Shown in pieces: positions 62,764-64,000 of a stretch of DNA of 64,000 nucleotides. Made by a program: the position numbers and the translations under genes. The stretch is from the human T2T-CHM13v2.0 reference genome, Homo sapiens. The notes beneath the pieces were generated by a model, which was given only the letters and a program-made list of their open reading frames with translations, did not search any database and was not told the DNA's origin. The stretch lies in assembly GCF_009914755.1 (NCBI RefSeq), contig NC_060932.1. The stretch is one strand, 5' to 3'. The number at the start of each line of letters is the position of its first letter. The first letter of the stretch is position 1.

Positions 62764-64000
62764 CTGCAAGGAGAAACCTAGAAATCCAGGGTCCCAGACC
62801 ATCCCTGTTGTTCTCAGGGTTTTTTTCCGGATAAGGAAGTGGCCTGAGCACAGCCAGGCTGTCACTAACACTCCTTAAGCGAAGAACCATACACATAAAC
62901 CCATCTTAGGCTATTACATCAAATATTACTCCTCTTGAAAAGAGGCAAACTTGTACATCAGATTACATTATGTAATGCTACAGGTTTTTTTTTTCCTTCT
63001 ACTATGGGAAGAACAGTATGATGAATTCACGGAAAACCCCTGCACTTTCTGTCATGCAGCCATGAAGGAAGAGGGTAATAAGGCAACGGCACTCAAGCAT
63101 CCTAGATCTGCCTGGGTGGCTGGTAGGCAGTGATTTTCCCCAGCTCTGTGAATCCCAGCAATCCATCAAGGAGAATTGCTGGAGAAAATGAGAGAGAAAT
63201 GTCATAAACCTTGCTTTCATTTTATTCCAGTGGATGTGAGGATGTGTGCAGTTTAAGCAGATTATGCTTCCAAACTGGAGCTTGGTTTAGTGATTAAAAG
63301 ATAAAACAATTCAATTTAAATCTTTACCTAAATTTATCGGCTCAGATTTTCTGAATTGTACTGTGAAGTATTGTCATAAAGTGGAAATGTTTGATTCAAA
63401 GGTAATAAAAGCTATTGATCTACCGTGAAGCAATATTAATATTAACACACTGCTTTTATGATTAATTTGGTGCTGCATAAAAGAAAAAAATCAGGACCTT
63501 TTAGTTTTGGTGACTAAAGGAACAGTAGACTTTTGAAAATATATTTGTATGTACAATAAGATGAACTCATTATAGAGACAGTATACAAAGGGTTAGCCAT
63601 TAAAGTTGCATATTAAATGTCCAATCAGCAATTACTCAGTTAAATGAGAAGGCAAAACATGTATAGACTTTTGGCAACTCCATTTAAACATGGGACACAG
63701 GAATATACCTTTTTATGTGAGAACCAAAGAAGTGTTCATCTGGTCTAAAAAATCTGATGGGTTGTATCATCAAATACAAATGTCTGCTAAATCCCACTAT
63801 GTCTTTCTTAAAAGAGGAGTGCTTTCTAGACTCCTCATCCCAAGAAAAGGATGGCAGGCATAGTTGAGAGGAACATGGTTCAGTCTGCCCTCAAGGTCTT
63901 CATCAGTAATCTCACATAGTGAACACTGAACAGTATGAAATAATACTACTTTCAGCACCAACCTGCATTTCTGTGCAAACTTTAGCAACTCAGAATAGAT

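Overview
AT-rich, repeat-dense primate genomic DNA (AluJ/S/Y, L1PA, MST and HSMAR2 elements; species not determinable by eye). It looks intergenic or deep-intronic. I recognise no host protein-coding gene, RNA gene or CRISPR array, and every recognisable ORF derives from L1, Alu or mariner. Contents: about 14 Alus, old L1M fragments carrying nested LTRs (LTR8A, MLT1, MST, MLT2/ERVL, MER4 group), a complete LTR-int-LTR MSTA element, a full-length HSMAR2, and two L1PA insertions that both show twin-priming 5' inversions with clear TSDs. The most notable structure is a full-length L1PA (45527-51629) with its first 1.4 kb inverted. This puts the antisense-promoter region and an open, ATG-initiated ORF0 homologue co-directional with the element's own decayed ORF2, while the sense promoter points out into flanking DNA. 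Also notable: a recent ~235-bp local templated copy that replaced an L1 3' end, two perfect hairpins, and candidate minus-strand non-coding exons near 60-63 kb. Subfamily names come from recalled consensus motifs and need RepeatMasker/Dfam confirmation. I cannot support a wholly new biological system; the findings are structural oddities worth testing.
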